A DNA stretch of 64,000 nt, taken from assembly GCA_963665665.1 (NCBI GenBank), contig OY762428.1, forward strand, positions 2,496,001 to 2,560,000. Reading direction: 5' to 3'. The translations under genes and the position numbers were made by a program. Of this stretch, positions 34,701 through 42,988 are shown piece by piece. Under the pieces are notes generated by a model. The model was not told the DNA's origin and did not search any database. It saw only the letters and a program-made list of their open reading frames with translations. Position 1 is the first letter of the stretch. Every line of letters starts with the position of its first letter. The stretch comes from Candidatus Kapaibacterium sp. GTDB lineage: Bacteria > Bacteroidota > Ignavibacteria > Kapaibacteriales > UBA2268.

Positions 34701-35263
34701 ACAGCTTTGCAATTCTCGCATCCAAGGCATTGCAGTACGGAGTTCCGCTGGAAGAGCTGGTAGATTCATTTATATATACCAGGTTTGAACCGGCAGGCTA
34801 TGTTTCCGGCCACGAGGCCATAAAGTCTGTTTATTCCGTTCTTGACTACGTATTCCGTTCACTTGGCTATGACTACCTTCACAGGGAAGATTTCGTTCAT
34901 GTACACGCTGTGGATGAGATAAGGCATGAGGCCAAAACAACTGATAAAAAGGATGATAAGCCCAAAGGCGGTGATGGTAAAAGTTCGAAGAATGATGAAA
35001 AGGACAAATCAAACAATAATGATAGTCCTGCAAATCAAATTGAGAGCAAACAAAAAAGCGAGCCTGCAATGGTATCTCAGGAAAGCTCTCCGGCTGAAGG
35101 TAAACCTCTAAACGGAAGTGCACCTAAAAGAAATGCAAGTATGGATGCAAAAACATTCGGCTACACCGGCGAGCAATGCGTTTATTGCGGTTCAATGCGC
35201 GTGCGCAGGAACGGCAGCTGCACGGTTTGCGAAGATTGCGGTGGCACAAGCGGCTGCTCGTAG
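31721..35263 (+). CDS. nrdJ: Class II (adenosylcobalamin-dependent) ribonucleotide reductase
   Basis: 1180 aa; PNSPQWFN, HACFI, KSGGTTRRAA, SNPCSEY, APTGTI, SGAISKT; fused C-terminal TSCPD-like domain and CxxC..CxxC ribbon. Confidence 0.96.
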   Translation: MKFTRRFTRDGISPYDMFEYKKRTSVLRNTDGSVVFEMEDIEVPVQWSQVSTDILAQKYFRKTGVPQFDENGDELFDDEGNRILGAENSIKQVAHRLAGTWRDWAERYAYFDTEDDAKIFYDETVYMIMKQYAAPNSPQWFNTGLANIYDIRGRKQGHFYVDPDTKKLNKSQDAYTRPQPHACFIQSIEDDLVGDGGIFDLAAREARIFKFGSGSGTNFSNIRAAGEKLSGGGVSSGLMSFLKIFDRAAGAIKSGGTTRRAAKMVVINIDHPDVEEFIEWKAREEEKVAALVTGSRINKAFLSAIMDEALANGTNRAENSTLNNLIVKATDRGMPISIIDRVLNLVGQGFTDLNFEEFDTHYEGEGYNTVSGQNSNNSVRISNDFIKAVEEDADWELKWRTSDQPAKVVRARDLWNKINMSAWKSADPGVQFDTTINEWHTCPNSGRINASNPCSEYMFLDNTACNLASLNLMKFLDEKNYEFLVDDFRHAVRIWTVILETSVLMAQFPSKVMAQLSYDFRTLGLGYANLGSLLMVNGIPYDSPEALAWTGAITAIMTGTSYETSAELAKELGTFAKYEMNKDDMLRVIRNHRKAAYNAPAAEYEGLTVRPMGIDPRFAPLYMVDAARESWDKALELGEQHGFRNAQVTVLAPTGTIGLVMDCDTTGIEPDFAVVKYKKLAGGGYFKIVNQSVQKALVKLGYSDKQIDEIEKYSKGHGTLIGCPAINQKTLSEKGFGTEKIDIIEKQLDNVFDIRFAFNKWQLGEEFCRQLGFTQEQIDDPSFDMLSALGFSESEIDKANDFICGTMMLEGAPNLKDEHLSIFDTANKCGKKGQRYIEHMGHVRIMAAAQPFISGAISKTVNMTAEASVDDIGDVYMQSWKYMLKAIALYRDGSKLSQPLNTKSFDELDEVVMLGDRETLDETLGAKELQERIQEKLQKPIRKKLPGKRHGHIREASVGGHKVYLRTGEYEDGALGEIFIDMYKEGASFRGLLNSFAILASKALQYGVPLEELVDSFIYTRFEPAGYVSGHEAIKSVYSVLDYVFRSLGYDYLHREDFVHVHAVDEIRHEAKTTDKKDDKPKGGDGKSSKNDEKDKSNNNDSPANQIESKQKSEPAMVSQESSPAEGKPLNGSAPKRNASMDAKTFGYTGEQCVYCGSMRVRRNGSCTVCEDCGGTSGCS

Positions 35264-35291
35264 AAATTGTAAAATATTAGCTAATATATAT

Positions 35292-35323
35292 GGCTCCCCG
35301 GATTTTGTTCGGGGAGTTTTTTT
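35292..35323 (+). terminator. Rho-independent terminator after nrdJ
   Basis: GGCTCCCCGGA...TTCGGGGAGTT plus T tract. Confidence 0.85.
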
Positions 35324-35431
35324 ATATCCGGTTTTGCAAATGTAGTTACTATATAAATAATATTGAGCTATTAAGTTTGTGAAAATTCGTATTTTAAGTT
35401 AGATGTACAAATTAATATTAATTGAAATCAA

Positions 35432-35638
35432 ATGAGCGAGATAATTTTTTTAATCGAAGAAGCTGCTGAAGGTGGATATTCTGCAAAAGCTATGGGTTAC
35501 AGCATTTTTACCGATGCCGGAACAATTGAAGAAATTAAGGAAAATATTAAAGATGCAATCAAATGTCATTTTGATGATGGGGAATTACCAAAATTGGTTA
35601 GAATGCATTTTGTTCATGATGAAGTATTTGCATTATAA
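35432..35638 (+). CDS. Short HicB-like antitoxin
   Basis: 68 aa, EEAAEGGYSAKAMGYSIFT..TIEEIKENIKDAI pattern; TAATG coupling to a HicA-like gene. Confidence 0.75.
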   Translation: MSEIIFLIEEAAEGGYSAKAMGYSIFTDAGTIEEIKENIKDAIKCHFDDGELPKLVRMHFVHDEVFAL

Positions 35639-35880
35639 TGAAATTATCCAGAGATATTGATGGGTTGATACTGGTAAAAAAACTAGATAAGTTGGGATAC
35701 AATATTACACGCCAGACTGGAAGTCATATCAGATTGACTACGTCAAGAAATTGAGAACATCATATTACTATCCCGTCTCATATTCCGATAAAGGTTGGAA
35801 CTCTATCTTCAATTTTGAATGATATAGCTAAACATTTTTCAATAACAAAAGAAGACTTGATCAATAAATTAAAAATATAA
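35638..35880 (+). pseudogene. HicA-family toxin with in-frame TGA at codon 39
   Basis: MKLSRDIDG..LGYNITRQTGSHIRLTTSRN*EHHITIPSH.PIKVGTLSSIL...; stop at 35752-35754. Confidence 0.85.
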
Positions 35881-35977
35881 TATTCCCAATTGCTATAAAT
35901 TACTTAAATTATTGCAACTATTTTCAAATCAGATTGTTTAACATATACCGTCGGAATTGAATATTAAGGAGTATGTT

Positions 35978-37654
35978 ATGAAATCAGGTAGGATTTTATT
36001 TGTGGCAAACATTATCATTATGATCGCTGCCCAAATCAGTCTATATTCCGCAGAAAAGCAATGGGTGAAGATTGATATATATTCGGAAGAATCCGGGCAT
36101 ACTGTTTATTCCAGGATATATAATGAAAAGGGGCTTATATCACAATTTGATACCGAACGCTACATGGGGGAAAGTGATTATGATATTGAAAGATATACTT
36201 ATGAATATGATTCGGGGGATTCATTATCTGAACGTATCCGGATGAGGCTACAGGGCGGAAATATTGTTCCCTATTACAAAAGCATTTACGAGTATTACGA
36301 AAACGGCCCGAGAAAAAAATATGAAAGCTGGTACTGGACTGGCAGCGAATATATTATAATGAACAGCGCCGAATGGAAATATGACGAAGACAATTATCTG
36401 ACTGAAAGCCTGAGTTCCTCGTTTGATTCGGATACTGTTGACCAGAAGGTCAGGATAATCTATGAATATGACGATGACCATCATATAATTATGGAGAAAA
36501 AAGAAGAGTGGCGTTATGATGAATGGGTTAATAAATATATATATTTTTACCAATATCTGAATGGATACAAAATTCAGGAATATAAGGAAAAATGGAGTAG
36601 CCCGGATGTTTCAACGATCGAAATAAAAGAATGGGAATATGAAGATACATTATTAATAAAACAAACATATAGAAAGATAAATAACTCTTTGGAGGAATAT
36701 ACATACAATTATGATGAAAGAAACAGAATTGTTGAAGAAAATTATAGATTTTCAGAACATTATACTGGAGAATTGAAAAACGTTGGTAAGATGAAATACG
36801 ATTATCCGGAAGAGAATAAATGTATAGAAACCCAATTGAAATTTTCAGACGGTAACTGGATTGGATTGACCAAAAGACATACAATTAAAAATACTTACGG
36901 AAAAATTATTGAATATCTTATAGAGAGATATGAAACTGGTGTATGGATCCCGGATTATAAATATATTGTTACTTTTAATCAGATGCAGCTGGAGCTGACT
37001 GAATTTCATTTTATATATAATGACAATGGATGGCAACCGTTTAGGAACGTATTTTGGGAATACACATCAAACGGTAATCTAAAATCACGTAAAATTGAAA
37101 ATTATGATAATGAGGAATTGCTTAGTACCATTATATATGAATGGATTTATGAAAACAACCTGCCCGTTTTAATTGAGATGTTCAGCCAAAAGGAGAATGA
37201 TTTACCCGTTATTAAGCGTGTTATTATGAAATATGACGACGGTTTGCTGACCGAAGAAATACACCAGGAAAAAAATGGCGATATATGGGAGAATACACAA
37301 CTCTATTTTGAATTCCGGGAAAGATATCTTGATATATATCCAGGCTATAAACTTCAAATAGAATGGCAGGAAATTACATCTACTGATGAAGATGATGAAA
37401 AGGAAAATGTTCCATTTGTTATCTATCCCCAGCCAAGTAGCGGCATAATAAATCTGAATTATATTGCTCAGTCTCCCGGCGCTGTTGCAGTACGTGTAAT
37501 TGATATGAGTGGCAATGTTGTTTATACTCAATCTAAAGTCAACACAGCATCATTATATAGATTTGACCTTAGCGGCCTTGCCAACGGTGTTTACATTTTT
37601 GAAATTAACGACGGCGGAGTGATCCGAAGCAGGGAGATTGTGATAGCGAGGTAG
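35978..37654 (+). CDS. Secreted Tyr/Glu/Trp-rich repeat protein with T9SS type A C-terminal domain
   Basis: Signal peptide; repeated YxYxYD...E...W units; IYPQP...GVYIFEI CTD; AGGAG RBS before ATG 35978. Confidence 0.85.
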   Translation: MKSGRILFVANIIIMIAAQISLYSAEKQWVKIDIYSEESGHTVYSRIYNEKGLISQFDTERYMGESDYDIERYTYEYDSGDSLSERIRMRLQGGNIVPYYKSIYEYYENGPRKKYESWYWTGSEYIIMNSAEWKYDEDNYLTESLSSSFDSDTVDQKVRIIYEYDDDHHIIMEKKEEWRYDEWVNKYIYFYQYLNGYKIQEYKEKWSSPDVSTIEIKEWEYEDTLLIKQTYRKINNSLEEYTYNYDERNRIVEENYRFSEHYTGELKNVGKMKYDYPEENKCIETQLKFSDGNWIGLTKRHTIKNTYGKIIEYLIERYETGVWIPDYKYIVTFNQMQLELTEFHFIYNDNGWQPFRNVFWEYTSNGNLKSRKIENYDNEELLSTIIYEWIYENNLPVLIEMFSQKENDLPVIKRVIMKYDDGLLTEEIHQEKNGDIWENTQLYFEFRERYLDIYPGYKLQIEWQEITSTDEDDEKENVPFVIYPQPSSGIINLNYIAQSPGAVAVRVIDMSGNVVYTQSKVNTASLYRFDLSGLANGVYIFEINDGGVIRSREIVIAR

Positions 37655-37658
37655 GGGG
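37475..37658 (+). repeat. Direct repeat copy 1 (CTD-coding 3' end)
   Basis: About 89% identical to 39455-39638 (20 mismatches in 180 nt, counted by hand). Confidence 0.95.
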
Positions 37659-37697
37659 GAGTTTATAATAGCTTTTTATTTAATTGTTTTGTATATT

Positions 37698-37715
37698 TAG
37701 TAGATTATAATATTT
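37698..37715 (+). repeat. 18-bp direct repeat, left flank of RM cassette
   Basis: TAGTAGATTATAATATTT versus TAGTAGATTACAATATTT at 39394-39411. Confidence 0.75.
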
Positions 37716-37820
37716 GTTGTTTCAATTGTCGCTACTGTGTTAGTTGACAAATTTTCAAAAAGAATTTTATTCTAACCATTTAAAAAAGTAGTTTTGTATT
37801 ATTTTTTTCAGAATTGTTAA

Positions 37821-38771
37821 ATGAAAGATAAAGTACAAATAAACGAGTTTAGAGATTTTATGTACCCAAATACATGTGAAATAATACTTGGCGATACATT
37901 GAGCCATCTCAAAAAAATGGAGAATGAAAGGTTTGATCTGGTGATTACATCACCACCTTATAATATTGGTAAAGAATATGAAACCAAGACTTCAATAGAG
38001 AAGTATTTAGAACTTCAAGAGCAAATAATCAATGAGCTTGTAAGGGTTACAAATAATAAAGGTAGTATTTGTTGGCAAGTTGGTAATTATGTTGAAAAAG
38101 GAGAGATTTTTCCTCTTGATATTTTTTATTATCAAATATTCAAAAAATTTAATTTAAAGTTAAGAAATAGAATAGTTTGGCATTTTGGACATGGATTACA
38201 TGCAAGGAATAGATTTTCTGGACGTTATGAAACCTTACTTTGGTTTTCAAAAACAGATGATTATATTTTTAATTTGGATGACGTTCGTATCCCTTCAAAA
38301 TATCCTGGCAAAAGGTATTTTAAAGGACCAAAAAAAGGTCAAATATCTGGCAATCCAAAAGGAAAGAATCCATCGGACATTTGGGAGATTATTGTTAAAG
38401 ATTGGGAATCCGGATTGTGGGATATACCAAATGTAAAATCTAATCATCCGGAAAAAACAGCCCATCCAGCTCAATTCCCTGTCGAATTAGTTGAAAGGTG
38501 TGTTTTGGCTCTAACAGATAAAAATAGTTGGGTATTAGACCCTTTTGCAGGTGTTGGTTCGACAGCAATCGCTTCATTAAAAAATTATAGAAATTCTGTA
38601 AGTATCGAAAAAGAGAAAGAATATGTTAAAGTAGCTAATGATAGAATTGAAAAATTAAAAGAGGGTAATTTAAAACTAAGACCCATAAATAAGCCAATTC
38701 ACAAGCCAAAAGCAAACGATAAAATAGCTAAAATTCCAGAAGAATGGATAAATTTATATAAAGAATTATGA
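37821..38771 (+). CDS. Site-specific DNA methyltransferase, beta-class amino-MTase (probably N4-cytosine)
   Basis: TSPPY precedes HPAQFP and DPFAGVGST (FxGxG); AT-rich. Confidence 0.93.
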   Translation: MKDKVQINEFRDFMYPNTCEIILGDTLSHLKKMENERFDLVITSPPYNIGKEYETKTSIEKYLELQEQIINELVRVTNNKGSICWQVGNYVEKGEIFPLDIFYYQIFKKFNLKLRNRIVWHFGHGLHARNRFSGRYETLLWFSKTDDYIFNLDDVRIPSKYPGKRYFKGPKKGQISGNPKGKNPSDIWEIIVKDWESGLWDIPNVKSNHPEKTAHPAQFPVELVERCVLALTDKNSWVLDPFAGVGSTAIASLKNYRNSVSIEKEKEYVKVANDRIEKLKEGNLKLRPINKPIHKPKANDKIAKIPEEWINLYKEL

Positions 38772-39382
38772 AAATTGCACAAAAATATTCGCATTTGAAT
38801 GGTGAGGAATATTTAATTGTTCATCACAAAAAATTATATCAAGAAATTAAAAACGTTATTAAAAATATTGATGCAAATGAATACAGAACTAAAATTAGCA
38901 AGGAGAAGAGAAAAATTGGAAATAAACTTTTTAGTCCGGTTGATTTAAATAAAGCTTTTGAAAAAGAATTCACAAAAAAAGGCTGGTCAGAAAGTAGATA
39001 TAATTACTATATTACCCTCAATAGAGAATTAATGGAAAAAAGTATTCTTATGAAAGCAGCGTCTCAAAAGAAATTTCTTATCGAGAATGGAGAAAAAGAA
39101 CCTATTTATAGCTACAACCAAACAGACTTTGTAAAAGATAAACTTGCTGTTGAAGTTCAATTTGGCAAGTATTCATTTGTTGCTTATGACTTATTTGTAA
39201 AACATATGCTGTTTTATTCTGGAGGAGTTATCAATTTAGGAATTGAAATATTGCCTACTAAGAAAATGCAATCCGAAATGTCATCTGGAGTAGCATATTA
39301 TGAAGGCGAAGTTTATAATGTAATGAGGCAAGGTAGAAATAATCCTCCTGTGCCACTTTTAATTCTTGGAATTGAATCATAA
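38768..39382 (+). CDS. Type II restriction endonuclease, BglII/BstYI family
   Basis: 204 aa; TDFVKD..AVEVQFGK (D...ExQ catalytic motif), YSHLNG N-terminus; overlaps the MTase gene. Confidence 0.85.
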   Translation: MKIAQKYSHLNGEEYLIVHHKKLYQEIKNVIKNIDANEYRTKISKEKRKIGNKLFSPVDLNKAFEKEFTKKGWSESRYNYYITLNRELMEKSILMKAASQKKFLIENGEKEPIYSYNQTDFVKDKLAVEVQFGKYSFVAYDLFVKHMLFYSGGVINLGIEILPTKKMQSEMSSGVAYYEGEVYNVMRQGRNNPPVPLLILGIES

Positions 39383-39393
39383 AAAAAAGATAA

Positions 39394-39411
39394 TAGTAGA
39401 TTACAATATTT
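39394..39411 (+). repeat. 18-bp direct repeat, right flank of RM cassette
   Basis: 17/18 identical to 37698-37715; begins 11 bp after the REase stop. Confidence 0.75.
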
Positions 39412-39451
39412 ACAAGTAATAATTGGCGAAAAAGTGTAGGCTGCGGCCTAG

Positions 39452-39634
39452 AATCCTGGCGATGTTGCAGTACGGGTAATAGATATGAGCGGAAATGTCG
39501 TTTTTAAACAATCAAAAGTCAACACAGTATCATCATATAAATTTGACCTTAGCGGCCTTGCCAACGGTGTTTACATCATCGAAATTAACGACGGCGGAGT
39601 GATCCGAAGCAGGGAGATAGTAATTGCGAGGTAG
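39452..39634 (+). pseudogene. Orphan T9SS C-terminal-domain fragment (direct repeat copy 2)
   Basis: NPGDVAVRVIDMSGNVVFKQSKVNTVSSYKFDLSGLANGVYIIEINDGGVIRSREIVIAR*; in-frame TAG directly upstream, no 5' part. Confidence 0.88.
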
Positions 39635-39721
39635 GGGGTGATATCATAGAGAAGACTGATATCTGCGTATATGGCTGTAAACCCTGAATTGGCAGGTGAA
39701 AAGAAAAAATATCAGACTGAT

Positions 39722-39760
39722 AAAAAAAGTGTTTTCCCCGTTAAGAGAAAACACTTTTTT
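39722..39760. terminator. Bidirectional terminator
   Basis: AAAAAAGTGTTTTC...GAAAACACTTTTTT between convergent units. Confidence 0.85.
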
Positions 39761-39780
39761 AAAATTTCATGTAATATTAA

Positions 39781-41688
39781 TTATCTTGCTACAACTAATC
39801 TTGCAACGAGTACATCATTACCATTCTGAATTCTTACGAAATACAAACCGGGAACAATATCATTTACTTCAAGTGTACCTGTATATGAACCAGCCATAAG
39901 GTTTTGTGAATTAAGTGACTGAACCATTCTGCCCATTGAATCATAAAGTTCAACTTTTGTAGGAGCTGATCTCGGGATACTGTATTCAATATTTACAATA
40001 TCGCTGGCTGGATTAGGGCTGACATTGACAGACATCCCTTTTGATGCGCCGCTATACTGGTCTTCGTAAACACCATTCGGTTCGCCTTCACCGCTTAGTG
40101 CAATATTGAAGTCACCACCGCAAAGGGCTGGTTCTACTTCAATTTTAAGCTCAGCATTTTTTGTACCGGTTGATGTTGGTGCAAAACTAACCTGAACATT
40201 GATCGATGCTCCGGGATTTACAGTCATGTTAACTCCGCCCTGGATAACGAACATATCAGCATCAGTACCTTCAATGCTTAGTTTTACATCCAGGGGAATG
40301 ACAGTAGTATTGGTAAATGCATCGTTTATAGTATAATCACCTGAGAAATCAACCATAACTGTTTCAAAATCGACAGATTCATCAGTAATTTCACTTGAAC
40401 AGAGACTGATTAGTTTCAAAGTCGGGAATTCGCAGAGGAAATCTCCGTTGAAAGTCATTTCCACTTCTTTTGATACAGTTGGTTTTTCTTCGGGGTAAGT
40501 GATCTTCAATATCCTTGATTCCCCGTCAGCCATTTCGAACGGTGGAGTGGAACCACCCCAGTCAGAAACAACAAAATCCGGGCTGTCAAAGCTGACACCT
40601 TCAAAATTAAAAGCAGGGCCATTGTTTGTAATTGTTATTTGTTTCAGGGTATCAGCGCCGCCAACAGCTCCGAATACAAGTTCTTCTTCAGACATATTGA
40701 AAATAGCAAGGCTGTTATCAGGAGCCAAATATGAAGTATTGTGGTCAGTTTCCAATTCAGCTTTTGTTGCGCTTCCATACCATTTTATATTCACTGATCT
40801 GTTTTTTGAAGCTTCATCACAGCCATAAGGAGAAGTCCATACCAGCTGGTAATATTCTTTATTCTGTATATGTCCGGCCAGGTAGCGGAATTTAGCCCTG
40901 TTATCGGCAATTGATTCAGTTTCAAAAAGTATGCCGCCGGTACCTTTTATCAGCCAGTCAGTCTGCATATCGGGGCCTTCGTCCATCATGATACAATTAA
41001 TCGCAACCCTTGCAGCCTGAGCTCTTTCAATAGCGAGATCAGCGTCATCATAATCAAACATGATATTAGCCTGGGGACCGTCGGATATGAATACCATTTG
41101 TCTGGCTTTGTTGCCGTCTGTTTGATTAATCAGGTCGAAAGGATTTGGATTGGATGTAAGGAAAGCCTTTTTATAGTTAGTTGCTCCTGCCTGGAGTGTG
41201 ATCTGATCGATATTGTCGTGAAGCAGAGCCGGATCGTTGAGCCATCCCGGATGCTTTGGATTGAACGTTCCGTTGCAGAAATAAAGCATTGCAACTTCAG
41301 TACCGTTTTTCCATTTTACTGAGTCGATAAAAGCATGCAGGCCGGCTTTAAGCCAGTCAAATTTTCTTTTTCCGTCCTGAGCATTTTCAAGCATGGAATT
41401 ACTGATATCAACAAATAGTAATATTGATACACCTGGTGTGTCCGCTTTCCTGGAACTATCTATACGAACAGTTGAAGTCAGATCAATTCCGTTTTCCTCA
41501 ACTTCAAAAAATTCTGCCTGGATGTTCATTTTTTGTCCCATCCTGTTCCTGGCAAGTAGCGTAGCCTTTACCGTAGGAAATTCCGAGGCATCTATGCCAT
41601 AAACGTGCCTTGATTCAGCTTGCGCGTCCAGCGAAAAAGTTGTGGCAAAGATCATTAAAGCAAGCAGTAACCTAATATGTTTCATCAT
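39781..41688 (-). CDS. Secreted VWA-domain protein with Ig-like domains and T9SS CTD
   Basis: Signal peptide; MIDAS motif DISNSM...T...ISDG; two Ig-like (ASH/choice-of-anchor D-like) units; VSPNPASD...GLYFVRI CTD. Confidence 0.87.
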   Translation of the reverse strand: MMKHIRLLLALMIFATTFSLDAQAESRHVYGIDASEFPTVKATLLARNRMGQKMNIQAEFFEVEENGIDLTSTVRIDSSRKADTPGVSILLFVDISNSMLENAQDGKRKFDWLKAGLHAFIDSVKWKNGTEVAMLYFCNGTFNPKHPGWLNDPALLHDNIDQITLQAGATNYKKAFLTSNPNPFDLINQTDGNKARQMVFISDGPQANIMFDYDDADLAIERAQAARVAINCIMMDEGPDMQTDWLIKGTGGILFETESIADNRAKFRYLAGHIQNKEYYQLVWTSPYGCDEASKNRSVNIKWYGSATKAELETDHNTSYLAPDNSLAIFNMSEEELVFGAVGGADTLKQITITNNGPAFNFEGVSFDSPDFVVSDWGGSTPPFEMADGESRILKITYPEEKPTVSKEVEMTFNGDFLCEFPTLKLISLCSSEITDESVDFETVMVDFSGDYTINDAFTNTTVIPLDVKLSIEGTDADMFVIQGGVNMTVNPGASINVQVSFAPTSTGTKNAELKIEVEPALCGGDFNIALSGEGEPNGVYEDQYSGASKGMSVNVSPNPASDIVNIEYSIPRSAPTKVELYDSMGRMVQSLNSQNLMAGSYTGTLEVNDIVPGLYFVRIQNGNDVLVARLVVAR

Positions 41689-41753
41689 ATCTCCTGTATA
41701 TAAAAACAATAAATAATACTCCGCGATAAAGCAGGGAAAGCTTGGGTATAAAT

Positions 41754-41783
41754 CAAAGATACTAATTTTTTATTTTTTTCAAA
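41754..41783 (-). promoter_or_regulatory. Bacteroidota-type promoter for the VWA gene
   Basis: Minus strand TTTG-N18-TATCTTTG. Confidence 0.45.
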
Positions 41784-41816
41784 CATATTTTTTTGAAAAT
41801 ATTTCAAAATTTGAAT

Positions 41817-41846
41817 AAAAAATCCGGAATTAATTAAATTCCGGAT
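41817..41846 (-). terminator. Terminator after ferritin-like gene
   Basis: ATCCGGAATT-N5-AATTCCGGAT with T tract on the minus strand. Confidence 0.7.
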
Positions 41847-41880
41847 ATTTATGCAATTATTGGTTTTGGGAATTCAGGTT

Positions 41881-42366
41881 TTAATCCCAGCTGTCTTCAA
41901 GGCCCCTGAACTTACTGTCAGTTATTAAATATTGCATTACTTTCCTGACATGTTCTTTTTCTTTGTCAATAATTGAGTCAATAGTATCATTAGCGCCAAC
42001 CATGTCCCTTATATGATTGTAATACAGAACGGATTCTTTTTCAAATTCAAGAACAATGTTCATTACTTCTACGGGATTCAGATTGTCGTCCAAACTGTCC
42101 ATTTGATTGAAGTGTTTGGAAATATCAACTCCTTTAAGATATATCATGTCATCTTCATTCAGTTCAACATCTCCGTCGGCAAGGGTGCTTGCCAGCCCTG
42201 AAAAATTGCGTTTATGTTCAACTTCATCTTTGGCAAGAAGTTCAAACATTTCCTTTATATCAGGCCTTTTTGTAAATTTTCTTGCCAGCCCGGAATAAAA
42301 ATTAATGCCGAGTTCTTCAGCACGAATGGCAATTTCAATTACTTCTTTGATAGTTATTCTTTTCAT
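41881..42366 (-). CDS. Rubrerythrin/ferritin-like diiron four-helix protein
   Basis: AIRAEE..FY...DEVEH and LEFEKES..Y...KEKEH di-iron ligand pattern. Confidence 0.88.
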   Translation of the reverse strand: MKRITIKEVIEIAIRAEELGINFYSGLARKFTKRPDIKEMFELLAKDEVEHKRNFSGLASTLADGDVELNEDDMIYLKGVDISKHFNQMDSLDDNLNPVEVMNIVLEFEKESVLYYNHIRDMVGANDTIDSIIDKEKEHVRKVMQYLITDSKFRGLEDSWD

Positions 42367-42564
42367 TCAGCTACCTCGATATTGAATATATTAATAAATT
42401 AATGTTTCTTCTAATATAAACGCTGAACGATCACTTTTCCTTATACAAAAATCTGAATTTTTCAATTATTTCTAAGCGTTTATCAAAATTAAGATACAAA
42501 AGTAGAATCAAACAAACAATTGGAAAAATCTTTTCTGTGTATTCCGTGTTTGTAAAATAAATTT

Positions 42565-42756
42565 CTAATAGGTTTTAATCCTGCCGCTCTTGTATTTATC
42601 TATTCCAATCTGAATATTCCCCCTGAAAGAATGTGGTGCCGGCCGTCCACACTGGCCCTTGCCGTCTTTATCTATCTTACACATCCTGAAGCACCAGGGT
42701 GTCCTGTTCTTCGTCATGGGGCATCCAAGGTAAGTATAATCCGGTAATTTTCTCAT
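42565..42756 (-). CDS. Small four-cysteine hypothetical protein (63 aa)
   Basis: MRKLPDYTYLGCPMTKNRTPWCFRMCKIDKDGKGQCGRPAPH...; GGAGA RBS before ATG 42756. Confidence 0.7.
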   Translation of the reverse strand: MRKLPDYTYLGCPMTKNRTPWCFRMCKIDKDGKGQCGRPAPHSFRGNIQIGIDKYKSGRIKTY

Positions 42757-42988
42757 CTTATCTCCTGAAAAATTATATAATATTAAAAAGGACGATAATG
42801 GTCGTATATGATTGTTAATAACCATTACCAGATATAATATCACAATATTTGCCAATTTTTTTTCAGAACTCCTTAGCACGGAACAAGAAATCAACGAGTT
42901 ATTAGGACAACGCGTAAAATAATATGTTGTGTATATTAAAAAATTACCACATCAATATATCTGGACAATGAAATATTGTCATGCCTGA

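Noticed and set aside
31721-35263. Intein in NrdJ, or in RpoB/RpoC
   Set aside because: No splice-junction or LAGLIDADG motifs seen; extra length is explained by known insertions and a low-complexity linker.
1007-35345. Many antisense and alternate-frame ORFs overlapping core genes (e.g. 2844-3524, 20117-20737)
   Set aside because: They shadow well-supported genes and have no RBS or recognisable motifs.
35752-35754. Possible TGA recoding (Gly, Trp or Sec)
   Set aside because: TGA ends rplE, rpsE and other genes in this window, and no SECIS-like hairpin follows; a nonsense mutation is simpler.
39696-39899. 67-aa plus-strand ORF
   Set aside because: It spans a terminator and overlaps the VWA gene antisense.
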